Shown one piece after another: positions 39,595 through 53,126 of a DNA stretch of 64,000 bases. The position numbers were made by a program, and so were the translations under genes. The DNA comes from Squalus acanthias (lineage: Eukaryota). The stretch covers positions 65,722,001-65,786,000 of the forward strand of contig CM059432.1 of NCBI GenBank assembly GCA_030390025.1, in the 5' to 3' direction. The first letter of the stretch is position 1. Each line of letters opens with the position of its first letter. A model generated the notes under the pieces. That model made no database searches. It was not told the DNA's origin and was given only the letters and a program-made list of their open reading frames with translations.

Positions 39595-40480
39595 CCACCA
39601 CTTCCTCAACCTTGCCATCTCCTGTAGCCTCCCTACTCCCATGGTCTTGATTAATGACAAGGCCATCTCTAATCACTTCCTTGAATCCCTCACCACCCAC
39701 ATTCCCCTAACCCCTTCCAACACAACTTCATTCTGCATCCATTTCTGGAAAAAAGCACTCCTCCAGTCATTTACCTTCAAACTGTCTGGCCTTAGATCCT
39801 GAACCTGCATTGGTCTCGGTTCTCTTCCATCTCACCTCATGCACCTCCGTAACATTGCTGGTCCCTTCCCTGCCCTGCCATAGCCCAGCTACTGCCAAAA
39901 CCATCATCCATTCCTTTGTCACCTCCAGACTCAACTATTCCAATGCTACCCTAGCTGGCATCCGATCTCCACCATTTGTAAATTGTAGCTCATTCAAAAC
40001 TGCTACCCGTATCCTATCCAGCACTAAGTCCTGTTCACCCACCACCCCCATCTTCGCTAACCTACATTGGCTTCTGGTCCCGCAAAGTCTCAAATTTAAT
40101 ATTCTCATCCTTGCGATTAAATCCCTTCATGGCTTCACCCTTTCCTATCTTCGTAATCTCCTCCAGCCTTACAATCGCCCCCTCTCACTTCAAACTCTCC
40201 ATTCGTCTGACTGGCCTTTTGTGCATTACCCCCTTCCCTCGCCTCACTATTGGCTGCCATGCCTTCAGTTGCCTCGGTCTAATGCTCTAGAATTCCCTCT
40301 GCTTCTTTACCTTCCTCGCGTCCTTTCACATCCTTAAACCCACCTCTTTGACCAAGCTTTTGAATGCCCCTCCTAATATGGCCTTCTTTGTCTCAGCGTA
40401 CATTTTTTCCTTATGCCTCGGTGAAGCACCTGGAGATATTTTTTCTATACTAAAGGTATTCTATGAATGCAGGTTGTTGC
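39595..40480 (+). mobile_element. Decayed, internally deleted L2 LINE
   Basis: ORF 39810-40337 IIHSFVTSRLNYSNATLAG, LHWLLV; L2-type tail atgaatgcaggttgttg. Confidence 0.85.
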
Positions 40481-40810
40481 TACCCACCCAGGTTACACCA
40501 GTTTGTTGCTGTAACCGAACAGAAACCCCATGGTCCGAGAATCATGTTCTCCCACCTGTTTTGACTCTGCCAGCTATTTTTGGCATTTTGCACTGAATGG
40601 CCAAAACCAACAGAATACCAGAATCCATAGCAGTTGAAAAGTGCTTTAAATTTTTCAAGTGTGTTTCACCATCACTATGGATATTAAGATAACACACTTC
40701 CTTGTCTTTTGCTTTCTTTGCCTCTCCAGAGGGAGAAACCATAAGAAAACATTTTTAGAAAAACAAAGCTTGGTGGTCTGTCAAGACAGAAGACACAGAT
40801 TTTTTTATTT

Positions 40811-42686
40811 TTTTTAATTCACAGGATGTGGGCATCACTGGCAAGGCCAGCATTTATTGCCCATCCCTAATTGCCCTCGAGAAGGTAGTGGTGAGCCGCC
40901 TTCTTGAACCGCTGCAGTCCATGTGGTAAAGGTACACGCACGGTGCTGTTACGTAGGGAGTTACAGGATTTTGACCCAGCGACTATGAAGGAACGGTGAT
41001 TTATTTCCAAGTCAGAAGGTTTGGGACGTGGAGGAGAACTTGGAGGCGGTGGAGTTCCCATGCATCTGCTGCCCTTGTCCTTCTAGGTGGTAGGGGTCAT
41101 GGGTTTGGGAGGTGCTGTCGAAGCCACCTTTGGTGAGTTGCTGCAATACCTCTTGTGCACACTGCAGCCACGTTGCGCCGGTGCTGGACGGAGTGACTGT
41201 TTAAGGTGGTGGATGGGGTGTTGATCAAGCGGACTGCTTTGTTCTGGATGGTGTCGAGCTGGAGTGTTGTTGGAACTGCAATCATCCAGGAGAGTATTCC
41301 ATCACACTCCTGACTTGTGCCTTGTAGGTGATGGAAAGGCTTTGGGGAGTCGGGAGCTGAGCCACAGAACACCCAGCATCTGACCTGCTCTTGTCACCAG
41401 AGTATTTATGTAGCTGTTCCAGTTAAGTTTCTGGTCAATGGTGAGCCCCAGGATGTGGATGGTGGGGAATTGGACGATGGCAATGCCACTGAATGTCAAG
41501 GAGAGGTGGTTAGACACTCTCTTGTTGGAGATGGTCATTGGCTAACGCTTGTGTAGCATGAATGTTACTTGCCTCTTATCAGCCCAAGCCTGGATGCAGT
41601 CCAGGTCTTGCTGCATGCGGGCACAGACTGCTTCATTATCTGAGGAGTTGTGAATGGAACTGAACACAGTGCAATCATCCCCATTTCTGACCTTATGCTG
41701 GCGGGAAGGTCATTATGAAACAGCTGAAGATGGCTGGGCCTAGGACACTGCCCTGAGGAACTCCTGCAGCAATGTCCTGGGGCGGAGATGATTGGCCTCC
41801 AACAACCACCTTCCTTTGTGCTAGGTATGACTCCAGCCAGTGGAGAGTTTTCCCCAGATTCTCATTGACTTCAATTTTACTAGGTCTCCTTTGTGGCACA
41901 CTCGGTCAAATGCTGCCTTGATGTCAAGGGCAGTCATCATCACCTCACCTCTGGAATTCAGCTCTTTTGTCCATATTTGGACCAAGGCTGTAATGAGGTC
42001 TGAAGCAGAGTGGTCCTAGCAGAACCCAAACTGAGCATTAGTGAGCAGGTTATTGGTAAGTGCCGCTTGATAGCACTGTCGATGACACTTTCCATCACCT
42101 TGCTGATGGTTGAGAAGGCTGATGGGGCACTAATTGGCTGGATTGGAATTTGTCCTGCTTCTTGTAGAAAGGACATACCTAGGTAATTTTCCCACTTTGT
42201 TGGGTAGATGCCAATGTTGTAGCTGTACTGGAACAGCTTGGCTAAAGGCGCAGCTCGCTCTCAAACACAAGCTGGGATGTTGGGGCCCATAGCCTTTGCT
42301 GTATCCATTGCGCTCAGACGTTTCTTGATATCATGTGGAGTGAATCAAATTGGTTGAAGGCTGGCATCAGTGATGGTGGGGACCTCAGGAGAAGGCAGAT
42401 ATGGATAATCCACTCGGCACTTCCGGCTGAAGATGGTTGTGAACACTTCAGCCTTGTCTTTTGCACTCCTTGCTGGGCTCTGCCATTGTTGATGATGGGG
42501 ATGTTAATGGAGTCTCCTCGTCCCGTTAGTTGTTTGATTGCCCACCACCATTCACAACTGGATATGGCGGGACTGATCCGTTGGTTGTAGGATAGCTTGG
42601 CTCTGTCTATAGCATGCGGATTCCGCTGTTTAGCATCCATGTAGTCCTGTGTTGTAGCTTCACTAGGTTGGCACCTCATTTTCAGA
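40811..42686 (-). mobile_element. LINE family B (CR1/jockey group), 5'-truncated
   Basis: Same family as 5973-7092 and 50003-51617 (GVPQGSVLGP, gcccacatcc 3' end). Confidence 0.9.
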
Positions 42687-42709
42687 TATTGAACCAGGGT
42701 TGGTCGCCT

Positions 42710-42713
<4 letters not shown>

Positions 42714-42781
<68 letters not shown>
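42714..42781 (+). repeat. (GA)n microsatellite
   Basis: Uninterrupted GA run of ~34 units. Confidence 0.98.
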
Positions 42782-42785
<4 letters not shown>

Positions 42786-43804
42786 AAAAGGAGAAAGAAA
42801 TGGAAAAGAGGATGCGAGAAAGAGAAAATACGTCTATGCCACTTTCTTGCCTTCCATGAAATCTAAAAACATAGAACCTGTAGTATAGGCAGCCCACTGA
42901 GCCTGCTCTGCCATTGTTAGCCACAGCAGCTCTTCCAGCCTCAATTGCCCCATCCATTTTTCCATGTCCATTATGAATATATATCTTTCTCTTTTTTTTT
43001 TACTCTCTCTTTGGGAAGAAAATGACAGTGTAGAAATTGATGGCTTTAAAAAATAAAGCTTCATTTAATTCAGTAATATAAAAAAAAACACAAAACCGGC
43101 TCAAAATCTGAATTCACATTTGAATAACCACAAATAAGTGAATAATCATTTTACAGATATAGAGCTCAATAAAATACATGCTTTTATGTTAATTTCTAAA
43201 ACACAATTTGAAGCTCTTTCAAACAATTCTTTTGTGTGCATTCTGCATAAAAAGAAATTACAGCCATGCTCTCCCCAGTGGTGCAACATTTGCAGCATAG
43301 GTTGTTTTGAGGAGCAGCATGGCAAATACTACTGTGTAAGTTTTCTGTATGCTCTACCATAATTCCGGAAAATAATTCCAAATAGGTTTCAAGGAATGTA
43401 ATGTTTGCTGGAAACCCTTGTTTGGTTTTTAAATTGAAGATAGCAACAATTCATTCATTTATTTTTTTTGTTTTTGGCGGTCAAGAGTGTTATCACATAC
43501 TTGCCATTTCCAGTTTGAAAGAATTAGTTCTGAATGAGATCCAAGAAGCCAATTACAGTAATGGCAAAAGCCTATTTCTTTTTACTAAAACCGGATATAA
43601 TGTTAAATGCCATTGCTATTTGAAAAAACTTGTGTCCCAAAAACTAAGAGGGCACAAGTGAATAAAATAAACTAAGATAGAATTAAATTAATCTACTGAG
43701 TAAGTTTTATATGCATCACAAATATAATTACAACTAAAGGAATATAATATCATTTTGATCTGGCCTTATTTGAAGAACAGGACATTATTTTTTGCAGTTT
43801 ATTT

Positions 43805-44082
43805 TAGGATATGGGTGACACTGGCCATTCAGTGGTTTGCTAGGTGAGCATCAAGAATCAACCACATAGTATGGGACTGGAGTCACGTGTAGACCAAACC
43901 AAGTAGGGCTGGCAGGTTCCCTTTCCTATAGGGCAGTAGTGAACCAGGCGTCAGCTTTCATGGTCATTTCTTCTAGTACACAAATTACCAAATTTATCAA
44001 ATTAATTTTCACAAATTGCTATGATAGGATTTGAACTCATCATCTGGGTTGCAGTACCATAACTACTACACTAGTGCACCCC
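43805..44082 (-). mobile_element. tRNA-derived SINE, decayed; same family as 48770-49172
   Basis: Minus strand B-box-like gagttcaaatcc, then gaccatgaaagctg...ggttcactactgccctataggaaagggaacctgcc...gtgactccagtccca. Confidence 0.7.
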
Positions 44083-44403
44083 AATAGCTTGTAGCTGTTT
44101 TTGTTAATCCTTAAGAAATTCTTCCTTGCTTCAAAATAAATTTATATCGTCATCAAATAGCTGTATTTGGTAGGTCTTGATGAGACTAAATAGACCAGCA
44201 TATTGCCACAAGAATGTAGTGCAATAATGACGCTTCATACAAAACATGGAAGTTGTGCAAAATCAAGCATTAAAATCATCCATTGAAAATTGATCCACAT
44301 GCTAGACATGTACCCAGGTCTTAGAAAAAAAAACACCACATTTTAATACTACGCTTGGAGGGAAAATGGCTGTTGAAAACAAGCTCGAAGCACACCTTAC
44401 TTA

Positions 44404-44550
<147 letters not shown>

Positions 44551-44710
44551 TTAATAAATTTAAGCTCAATATAAGCAATAATCTCTTTTCACAACACCAC
44601 AATATAGATCTGGATGAGAAAGGCCAATTAATCTATTTTAGCTCATCAATTCAGAACAAACCCATAATTCTCCAGAGGTTTCAACATTTTCCTAAATTAT
44701 TTCAAAAATT

Positions 44711-44835
44711 CAGCTTGACTCAGTTGTTAGTGTGCTCAGAGTCAGAGCTTGTGGGTTCAAGTGCCACTGCAAGGCTTGAGCAAATAATCTAAAATGACAC
44801 TCCAGTACTGCTTTATTGGATGTCCCTTTTTTTGG
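44711..44835 (+). mobile_element. tRNA-derived SINE head fragment
   Basis: A-box-like tgactcagttgt and B-box gggttcaagtgcc followed by cttgagcaaataatcta. Confidence 0.55.
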
Positions 44836-44839
44836 GTGA

Positions 44840-45075
44840 GATGGAAGAAATTATATTCACACAAAAGGGTTAATAGAACATGAAACGATTTACCACAAGT
44901 AGCTATTAAGGCGAACTATAAACATTATTCAAAAGGGAATTGGATAAGTATCTGAAAAGAAATACAATAGGATATAGGGAAATGACAGGAAATGTAATTA
45001 AAGTAGACAGTTCCTGCTGAAGAGCTGGCACAATGGGCTGAGTGGCTTCCTTCTGTGCTGTAATTTTATGATCCT
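44840..45075 (+). mobile_element. Decayed CR1 3' fragment
   Basis: ttcaaaagggaattggataagta...cttccttctgtgctgtaattttatgat. Confidence 0.75.
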
Positions 45076-47417
45076 AATATTTTTATGATTTTAATGAAGA
45101 TAGTCAATATGTTTTAATGTTTTATTTATGCATCAGAAATCTTCTATAAAAAAGGATGCAAGTAGCCAAATGTATTTGTTGTGCTGGTATGTCAATTCTG
45201 GATGGCATGATAAATTTAATTCAATATTTTTACATCAATTAAAATTTTATAAAGTGATCAATTAGGGCAGCTACACTAAACACAAACAATGTGTGCCAAT
45301 ATCTATATACTATATCACCAAAAATGACGAGTATCAAATCCAATTGAATCTGAACAGAACTGTTCACATGACAACAACCTTCTACTTGACCAACATTCTT
45401 AGGCCACTGAGGGCCAAGTACAAGATTTCTCATAGTAGGTGTTGGTCAAATTGCTGGGAGCAACAAATTTAGGCCAGCATCAAAATAGCACAAGGGGAAG
45501 AGATTCTTGCAACAAGCATAAACACTCAAACTAGGAAAGCAACAGAATAAGAACTACTGAATGTGGTACAAGATTTCATTATGTATTAAGAATTCCAATT
45601 TCATCCATTCCCAGTTTTTATAAACAAGGATAACATCCCTAATGCAGTGGAACCTCTAGAGACTAGTAGTCACAATATAATTAAATTTATTATTTGGTAA
45701 TCAGCAAATATAAGGATCAGGACAGAAACGCATACTATTTTAAAAACACATATCAAAAACAACAATGGATAAACTTAAAGAACTTATCCTTCAACAATAG
45801 AAGTTGGCTAAAATAAAAAGCACTGCTCAAATAGAGAGATAACCTACCTTAGGGTCTTCATTTTTTTGAATTGACATATAAATCTTCCACACACTACAGG
45901 AGTTAAGCTTAGCTTCGCTGGCTTCCTAGAAACCATGTGATTTTAGTACACAAAAAAATTGTCATGTCAGGGATCCAATACAGCTGTAGTGCTAGTTTGT
46001 TTTGATTTGAAATGAAACACTTAACGGTAGCCATAAACCCCAAAACCTATACCTGCGGACGCTGAGGAGGACGATGGTGGGTGGAGGATGCATATCAAAG
46101 AATAAAGACCTAAAAGGTAAATAATCCACCTTCCAACACCATAGGTGTAGAATTCAGGAATGGCAGAGGCCCCTATAGAAAAGCCAAAACACCCACTGCC
46201 AGACAGATGACATTATCATGTGCAACAGTCAACCCTAGACAATAATGTTCAGTAAACATGTGTAAATTATTCCAGGTGGCTGCCTTGCAAATATCAATTG
46301 GAACTTGATCTAGAGATGCCAGGAAGCTGTTAGGAGTGAGTGGAAGGACTTTTAACCTGACTATAAATGTTCTTTCCTGAAAGATGATACCAGTGCAGAA
46401 TGCATTCCACCCACCATTTATCCACTGCTCAGTCATAAGCTTACCTTGGGTCTTTAAGCTTTAGGAAACAAGTAACGGGCTGGACTTGTGAAGATACTCA
46501 GTATAGGCGTCACAGCAGCTTAAGGCTCTGTGAGCATCCTCACGTGAAACCTACCGATATGGTTGCAGATAAAACATAGGAACAATTTCTTTACTCAACA
46601 ACTTGTTGGAACTGCAAGTCATATGCTCAGAGATTAGAACAGTGATCACAGATATGTTTGGGGGCCTTTTCTACCTTATTCTAGATTTTTTAGCTTCTTT
46701 ATTTTTGATCATTTTCATAGGCATGTCTTAGTTCACTAAGTCAGGAACGTATTAATTCACCCTGATAGAGGTAAATTTCTTATAGTGTGCCAGGAACAAT
46801 GAACAGAAAACCTTACTGTTAATGACTTTAGCTACTGGGTCTCTGTGCCTACCCAGGAAGTTATTTACTTCTTCAAAAAGCACTACAACATCAGACCTTG
46901 TTTTAGGTTATTAACTATGAAGTGAATTTATTGAATAGATGAACAAGTGAATATATAATATATAAATAATATATTTACATCTGGTACAAATCAACTACTC
47001 TAAATGAAAAATAAAAAGAATCTACATGCTAAGCTATTATTTTGTGAATAACTTTTATATCTGCAGTTCTTCTCCGGTAGTCTTTTCTAGCAGCAGCATC
47101 TGGTTAGTCTAACCTACCTTTTTCTGAAGGTTCCAACTGATGTGACTCAACTCAACTTGTTGAACAGCTTCAGCTTAAATACCCCTGAAAACAGTTGGCA
47201 AGGCATCCTGGATTTCAATTAACTGCAAGATACATTCAAGAGTAACTAGCAGTCAGTCATGCACATTATTGAGCAAATCACATGTTATGCATTTGTTTGA
47301 ATGTGACTTGGCTGCTCTCCTGTTTCAGTTAGAAAGCCAGACCAAACTGTCCTCAACAGCTGTACCAAATTAGGTTGTGAGATGAGATTTTACCACAGTG
47401 GGTTTTTAAAACTCCTT

Positions 47418-47723
47418 GGCCTAGATTTTCCGATCCGGTTGAATTACTGCCGGATTGGCGGCAGGCAATGTGCCCGTCTCTGTGAGCATTGATCCTGGCA
47501 GATCTTCTAGGTTCAGGCTCATTTAATTTTTTTTGGAAGGTTCTTGGAAGTATTTTTGCAGTTACAAGATCATGCACCTCAAATGATGGGGAAGGAAATG
47601 GCTGTGGCATCAACATAAAGTGACCAACAGCCCTGGGGTGGAGGGAAAAAAAGATTTTCTTTTTTAAATTACACCTTGCCTACTGCCCGAAATCTGGCAT
47701 TATTGAGGCAGAAAATCCAAGTC
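47418..47723. mobile_element. Harbinger-type MITE
   Basis: Termini ggcctagattttc / gaaaatccaagtc; flanks ctt/ttt. Confidence 0.6.
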
Positions 47724-47868
47724 TTTATGTTGTATGACTCAGCCTTCAAAGCACATTTGTTTTGTGCCCACAGACAATAACTGGGTTTTCCACCCTGAGA
47801 CAGCAGGGTCTGTTATTGCCATCTGTTGTGGAGGAGATTACTGCAAGGAGGATCCTTGCAGAAACATT

Positions 47869-48630
47869 GGCCCGAAAATTAAACCTAATACGCGAGAGTA
47901 CGCACTGTGTACTCTCGCGTATTAGATCCCGAATTGCCGGTTTCCTGCATGCACTGCGCATGCGCGGGAAACCGGCACTTCGTGAATTGAAAAGGGGGCG
48001 GTTCCTAAGTGAACCACGTGCGCACTACAGGCTGTGCGCACGCAGTGCACTTAGTTATTTTTTCAGCTTTGAACGCGCAGGTAAGTGGTGAAGATTTTAC
48101 ACATAAAGAAAGCAGGCGTAGGACACCCTTTTAACAAGGTAAGTAGTTAATTAAGTGTTACTTTAAATTTTTTTCAACAGCTTTATCTTTTTTAGAGACT
48201 TTAAAGAAAGGTAAGTTTATTTTTATAACTTTTAAAAAGATTTAAAAAATTTTCAAAAATTTAATTTTTTGTTTAAAGTGGTTAATTTATTAACTATACT
48301 TATTTTATTAATGTGATGGCTTTTTTTTAATTTAATTGAGGTTTAGCTGTTCTTTTGGGGGTGTGTAGTATTCATAGCTTTGACAGGTCTTCCTGTCAAA
48401 ACTATGAATGAAAGATGGTGTGCTGCCATTGGCTCTAACTGAATCACGTGATCCCAGAGCTCACACGAACTAATTGCGTCTCTGGGTCACGCAAGCACTG
48501 CACGGTTCCAAGAGAGAGAGCCTTTCAAACTAAAGTTCGTGTGGGCCCAGAGCAAAAAGGTAGGCGCGGAGTGAGATATCGCGGGGAATCCTTACCCCCG
48601 CGGGAACCCTCACTGTTTAATTTCTGGGCC
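47869..48630. mobile_element. Harbinger-type MITE (762 bp) with several internal hairpins
   Basis: TIR ggcccgaaaattaaac / gtttaatttctgggcc; perfect 3-bp TSD att. Confidence 0.85.
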
Positions 48631-48769
48631 ATTATTCTCCTGAAACCAAAACCGAGAGGCTAAGCCTCGATAATACTTATCAACCAAGAAATGGGAGAAT
48701 TCCAGGAAAACCATTAATTAAGCAGATTCATTTGAAGCGTGTCAAACAAGCAGAAGCCAAAGAGGATAC

Positions 48770-49172
48770 GGTGGTGGTGATTATGTTACCGGACTAGTAA
48801 TCCTGAGGCCTGGACTAATAATCCAGAAAACATGAATTCAAATCCACCATGGTAGTTTGAGAATGTGAATTCAGTCTTAAAAATCTGGAAATATAAAGCT
48901 GGTATCAGTAAAAAAGGTGACCATGAAGCTGTCGGATTGTCATAAAAACCCAAGTAGTTCACTAATGTCCCTGAGAGAAGGAAGCCTGTCATCCTTACCC
49001 AGTCTGGCCTATAGGTGATTCCAGTCCTACACCAATATGGACCCCCGACGTAACAGCATTGTGGCATCACCTTCACCACATGGAATGCAGCAGTTCTTCT
49101 CATTGCAATTAGGGATGGGCAATAAATGTTGGCCTTGCCAGCAACACTCACATCCAGAGAATGAATTTAAAA
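48770..49172 (+). mobile_element. tRNA-derived SINE ending in a LINE family B 3' tail
   Basis: Head ggactagtaatcc...gaattcaaatcc; body gttcactaatgtccc...ctggcctataggtgattccagt; tail gcaattagggatgggcaataaatgttggccttgccagc...cacatcc..gaatgaat. Confidence 0.75.
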
Positions 49173-49704
49173 AAGACCAAGTAGCCATATATCATTTCTG
49201 GCCTGAATATACTTATGCTTTCTGCAAAGAGTATATCAAATTCTGAAGCTTTGCAAACTGGTCTGGAGGCAGAAAACTGTTAGATAGTTTGGAATAATGC
49301 CCCCAAATCCATTACGCCTTGCTTGAGGGAACACTTCTTATAATTAAGTATAAAGAAAAGTTTCAAGACTGCAATGAATATCTGCTGCATGACTACGCCA
49401 GCAATCACCTGACAAGCACTCGTAACCAGATATAAATAGAAATGAAGTTACACCTAACCTGAGACAGGAAGCAAACATTTTATGAATGCCCTTGGTGTTT
49501 AATGCAGGCTAATGAAGTACCTCTTACTATTCAAACTTTGTCCTTGAAACCAAGCCCAAGAAATTGTAGTGCCAAGCCAGGAACCATATTTCCAACCTTT
49601 AGATCTGTAACAACTAGCCAGTCACCTGAACATACTGCTTGAATAATCAGATGCAAGGGGTAAACATCATAAACCTTTCTCTTTTGAGAACTAAATAAAA
49701 CAAG

Positions 49705-51810
49705 CAAGCATTTACATAGTGCTTTTAAAGTAGAAAAATATCCCAATGTGCTTCATGGATGCATAATCAAAAACAGAAACCGAGCTAAAGGTGGCGATAT
49801 TAGAGAGGAAGGCCAAAAGCTTGGTGAAAGAGGTTTTGAAGGAGGTCCATAAAGCAGCAGGAGACACAGAGGAGTTCACAGGGGAAATTCCAGAGCAGGG
49901 GCTATGGCAGCTGAAGGAACAACCACCAATGGTGGAGCAAAGAGGGGGGAGGGCGATGCACAAGAGGCCAGAGTCAAATGAATGGAGAGCTCAGGGGGAA
50001 GATTCAGCCAGAAGTGTCAAGTGGATGATTCATATCGGCCTTCTCCCGAGGTCTCCACCATCAAAGAAACCAGTCTTCAGCCAATTTGATTCACTCCACG
50101 CGATATCAAGAAATGGCTAAGCGCACTGAATACAGCAAAGGCGATGGGCCCAGACAACGTCCCGGCTGTCGTGCTGATGACTTGTGCTCCAGAACTAGCT
50201 GCGCCTCTAGCCAAGCTATTCCAGTACAGCTACAACATTGGCATCTATCCGACAATGTGGAAAATTGCCCTGGTATGTCCTGTCCACGAAAAGCAGGACA
50301 AATGCAATCCGGCCAATTACCGCCCCATCAGTCTACTCTCAATCATCAAAGTGATGGAAAGTGTCAAGTGACAGTGCTATTAAGCAGCACTTACTCACCA
50401 ATAACCTGCTCACCGATGCTCAGTTTGGGTTCCGCCAGGACCACTCGGCTCCAGACCTCATTACAGCCTTGGTCCAAACATGAACAAAAGAGCTGAACTC
50501 CAGAGGTGGGACGAGAGTGACCATCCTTGACATCAAGGCAGCATTTGACCGAGTGTGGCATCAAAGAGCCCTAGTAAAACTGAAGTCAATGGGAATCAGG
50601 GGGAAAACTCTCCACTGGCTGGAGTCATACCCAACACAAAGGAAGATGGTTGTGGTTGTTGGAGGCCAATCATCTCAGCCCCAGGACATCGCTGCAGGAG
50701 TTCCTCTGGGCAGTGTCCCAGCCCCAACCATCTTCAGTTGCTTCATCAATGACCTTTCCTCCATCATAAAGGTCAGAAGTGGGCATGCTCGCTGATGACT
50801 GCCCAGTGTTCAGTTCCATTCGCAACTCCTCAGATAATGAAGCAGTCCGTGCCCACGTGCAGCAAGACCTGGACAACATTCAGGATTGGGCTAATAAGTG
50901 GCAAGTAACATTCGCGCCACACAAGTGTCAGGCAATGACCACCTCCAACAAGAGGATGTCTAATCACCTCCCCTTGACATTCAATGCCATTATCTTTGTC
51001 AAATTCCCCACCATCAACATCCTGGGGGGTCACCATTGACCAGAAACTTAACTGGACCAGCCACATAAATACTGTGGCTGCAAGAGCTGGTCATTTTGCC
51101 GCAAGTGACTCACCTCCTGACTCCGCAAAGCCTTTCCAACATCGACAAGGCGCAAGTCAGAAGTGTGATGGAATACTCTCCACTTGCCTGGATGAGTGCA
51201 ACACTCTAGAGGCTCGATACCATCCAGGACAAAGCAGCTCGCTTGATTGGCACCCCATCTACCACTGGCGCACAGTGTCTGCAGTGTGTACCATCTGCAA
51301 GATGCACTGCAGCACCTCCCAAACACATGACCTTCACCACCTAGAAAGGCAAGGGCAGCAGCCGCATGGGAACACCACTAGACACCACCACCTCCAAGTT
51401 TCCAAGTCACACACCATACTGACTTGGAAATATATTGCCGTTCCTTTGTCACTGGGTCAAAATCCTTGCACTCCCTAACAGCAGTGTGGGAGTACCTTCA
51501 CCACACGACTGCAGTGATTCAAGGCGGCGGCTCACCACCACCTTGGGCAATTAGGGATGGGCAATAAATGCTGGCCTTGCCAGCGACGCCCACATCCCGT
51601 GAATGAATATTAAAAAAAGGCTGTAGGGCTATGAGGAGGTTACAGATAGGGAGGGGTGAAGCCATGATCGGATTTAAACATGACAATTTTAAATTTGAGG
51701 CGTTACAGGATTGGGAACCAATGTAGGTCAGCAAAGACAGCGGTGATGGGTAAAAGCATGATTTGGTGTGGGATAAGATACGGGCAGCCAAGTTTTGTAT
51801 GAACTGAAGT
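49705..51810 (-). mobile_element. L2 3' fragment (49705-50000, 51620-51810) split by a family B LINE
   Basis: Minus-strand L2 tail aaaagcactatgtaaatgcttg; AARILSHTKS peptide in ORF 51519-51791. Confidence 0.7.
50003..51617 (+). mobile_element. LINE family B (CR1/jockey group), 5'-truncated
   Basis: GPDNVP, NYRPISLLS, LDIKAAFDRVWH, MLADD; 3' end gccagcgacgcccacatcccgtgaatgaatattaaaaaaa. Confidence 0.92.
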
Positions 51811-52739
51811 TTACAGACGTCAGTGGTTGGAGACAGCTAGGAGACCACGAGAATAGTACCTGGAATAACCTGAGATCCAGAATCAGAGAGTCCCTGTGTA
51901 TTTCTGGGAACTACCAAGTACTGGGAGAAGAGATAGACTCTCTTTTGCATGGAATGAGCTCTTTCCATGTTCCCAATGGTAACAGTTTGCCGATTTTGGT
52001 AGACAATAACACTACCATGAAAAAGTCTTGTAAATGATTGTCAGATTACCTCACAAAATGAAAATGAAGAGGACAAAGCTCTCCGGTAGTTTCCAAGATA
52101 ACTGAAGTATCAGAAGTTACTGTTTCTCAAGCTGCCATGAATTGTTGCAAGCAACTCCAACCTGTGTGCGTCATTCCTCGCCAAGATCCCTGCAAGTATA
52201 TGCATCAGCCAAGCGAATCGATATGCTTGGAAATAACATCCTGTGGAGTAGGCTTCCCACATCAGGAAAGAACTTTAGGTTAACTGTTCAACTGGCAAGT
52301 GGAGTGGTGTAGAAAGATTCATGGTGCACCTGTGAGAACAATCTATTTTGAGTACTGATCAGTCAATTTTCATATAACAAATCATAGAATTTTTTCCATG
52401 GCATGGTACACAGGGATTTGGGTGTAAGAGTCTCCAGGAAAGTGGTCAGTTGAGGTTGGTGTGAGATCCCCTCCAGAATTGAAAACCTCTACAGCAAGCA
52501 TGTTGAGGGTCTGGATGGCATGAGCATTAGAAACCTAAAACAGTACAGGAGCTTAGTTGCTTTTTAAGTGCAAACTTAAAATCCAAACCAAATGCATCAA
52601 GCAGCCAAGTTTAGGTGACAGGTATTTAAGGCATCAAGCATTCCCATTAACAATAGTGAATGTTTTATTACATTTTTGCATGTTAAAAGAGTTAGGGAGA
52701 AGCTAGTGCAAACATTTCATCCCATCTTGTAGAATACTA

Positions 52740-53126
52740 AAAGTGAGAAGTCGCACAACACCAGGTTATAGTCCAACAGTTTTATTTGAAATCACAAGCT
52801 TTCGGAGCTGCTGCCCCTTCGTCAGGTGAAGTGAAGGAATACGAATCGGCAAAGCATATATAGACAGAGAACAATGCCTGTGTAGTGTACAATGTCAGAC
52901 GACTACATTTTATCAGATAAAATGTAGTCGTCTGACATTGTACGCTGCACAGGCATTGTTCTCTGTCTATATATGCTTTGCCGATTCGTATTCCTTCACT
53001 TCACCTGACGAAGGGGCAGCAGCTCCGAAAGCTTGTGATTTCAAATAAAACTGTTGGACTATAACCTGGTGTTGTGCGACTTCTCACTTTTGTCCACCCC
53101 AGTCCAACACCGGCATCTCCGCATCA
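52740..53126. mobile_element. Palindromic Penelope-like-derived insertion (176-bp arms + 35-nt tail) with two hammerhead cores
   Basis: 12-bp TSD tgtagaatacta (52728-52739, 53127-53138); palindrome centred on 52915; tail 53092-53126. Confidence 0.85.
53001..53038 (+). ncRNA. Putative minimal type I hammerhead ribozyme (mirror copy on minus strand at 52792-52829)
   Basis: TCAC-CTGACGA-A-GGGGC-agca-GCTCC-GAAA-GC-T-T-GTGA: CUGANGA and GAAA cores, 5-bp helix II, helix I TCAC/GTGA, palindromic AGCT helix III. Activity not demonstrated. Confidence 0.6.

Larger units (their letters stand above)
46150..52250 (-). mobile_element. Fragmented DIRS-type tyrosine-recombinase retrotransposon
   Basis: Colinear minus-strand remnants: RT N-terminus (SQYLVVPRN..LILDLRLF ~51860-51990), IIQAVCSGDWLVVTDLK (~49560-49680), TLLSQGG (~47790-47810, DLLSQ-like), YR C-terminus VPIDICKAATWNNLHMFTEHY (46173-46436). 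Interrupted by MITEs, SINE and LINEs. Confidence 0.75.

Noticed and set aside
42700..42888. RE-repeat ORF
   Set aside because: Translation of a (GA)n microsatellite.
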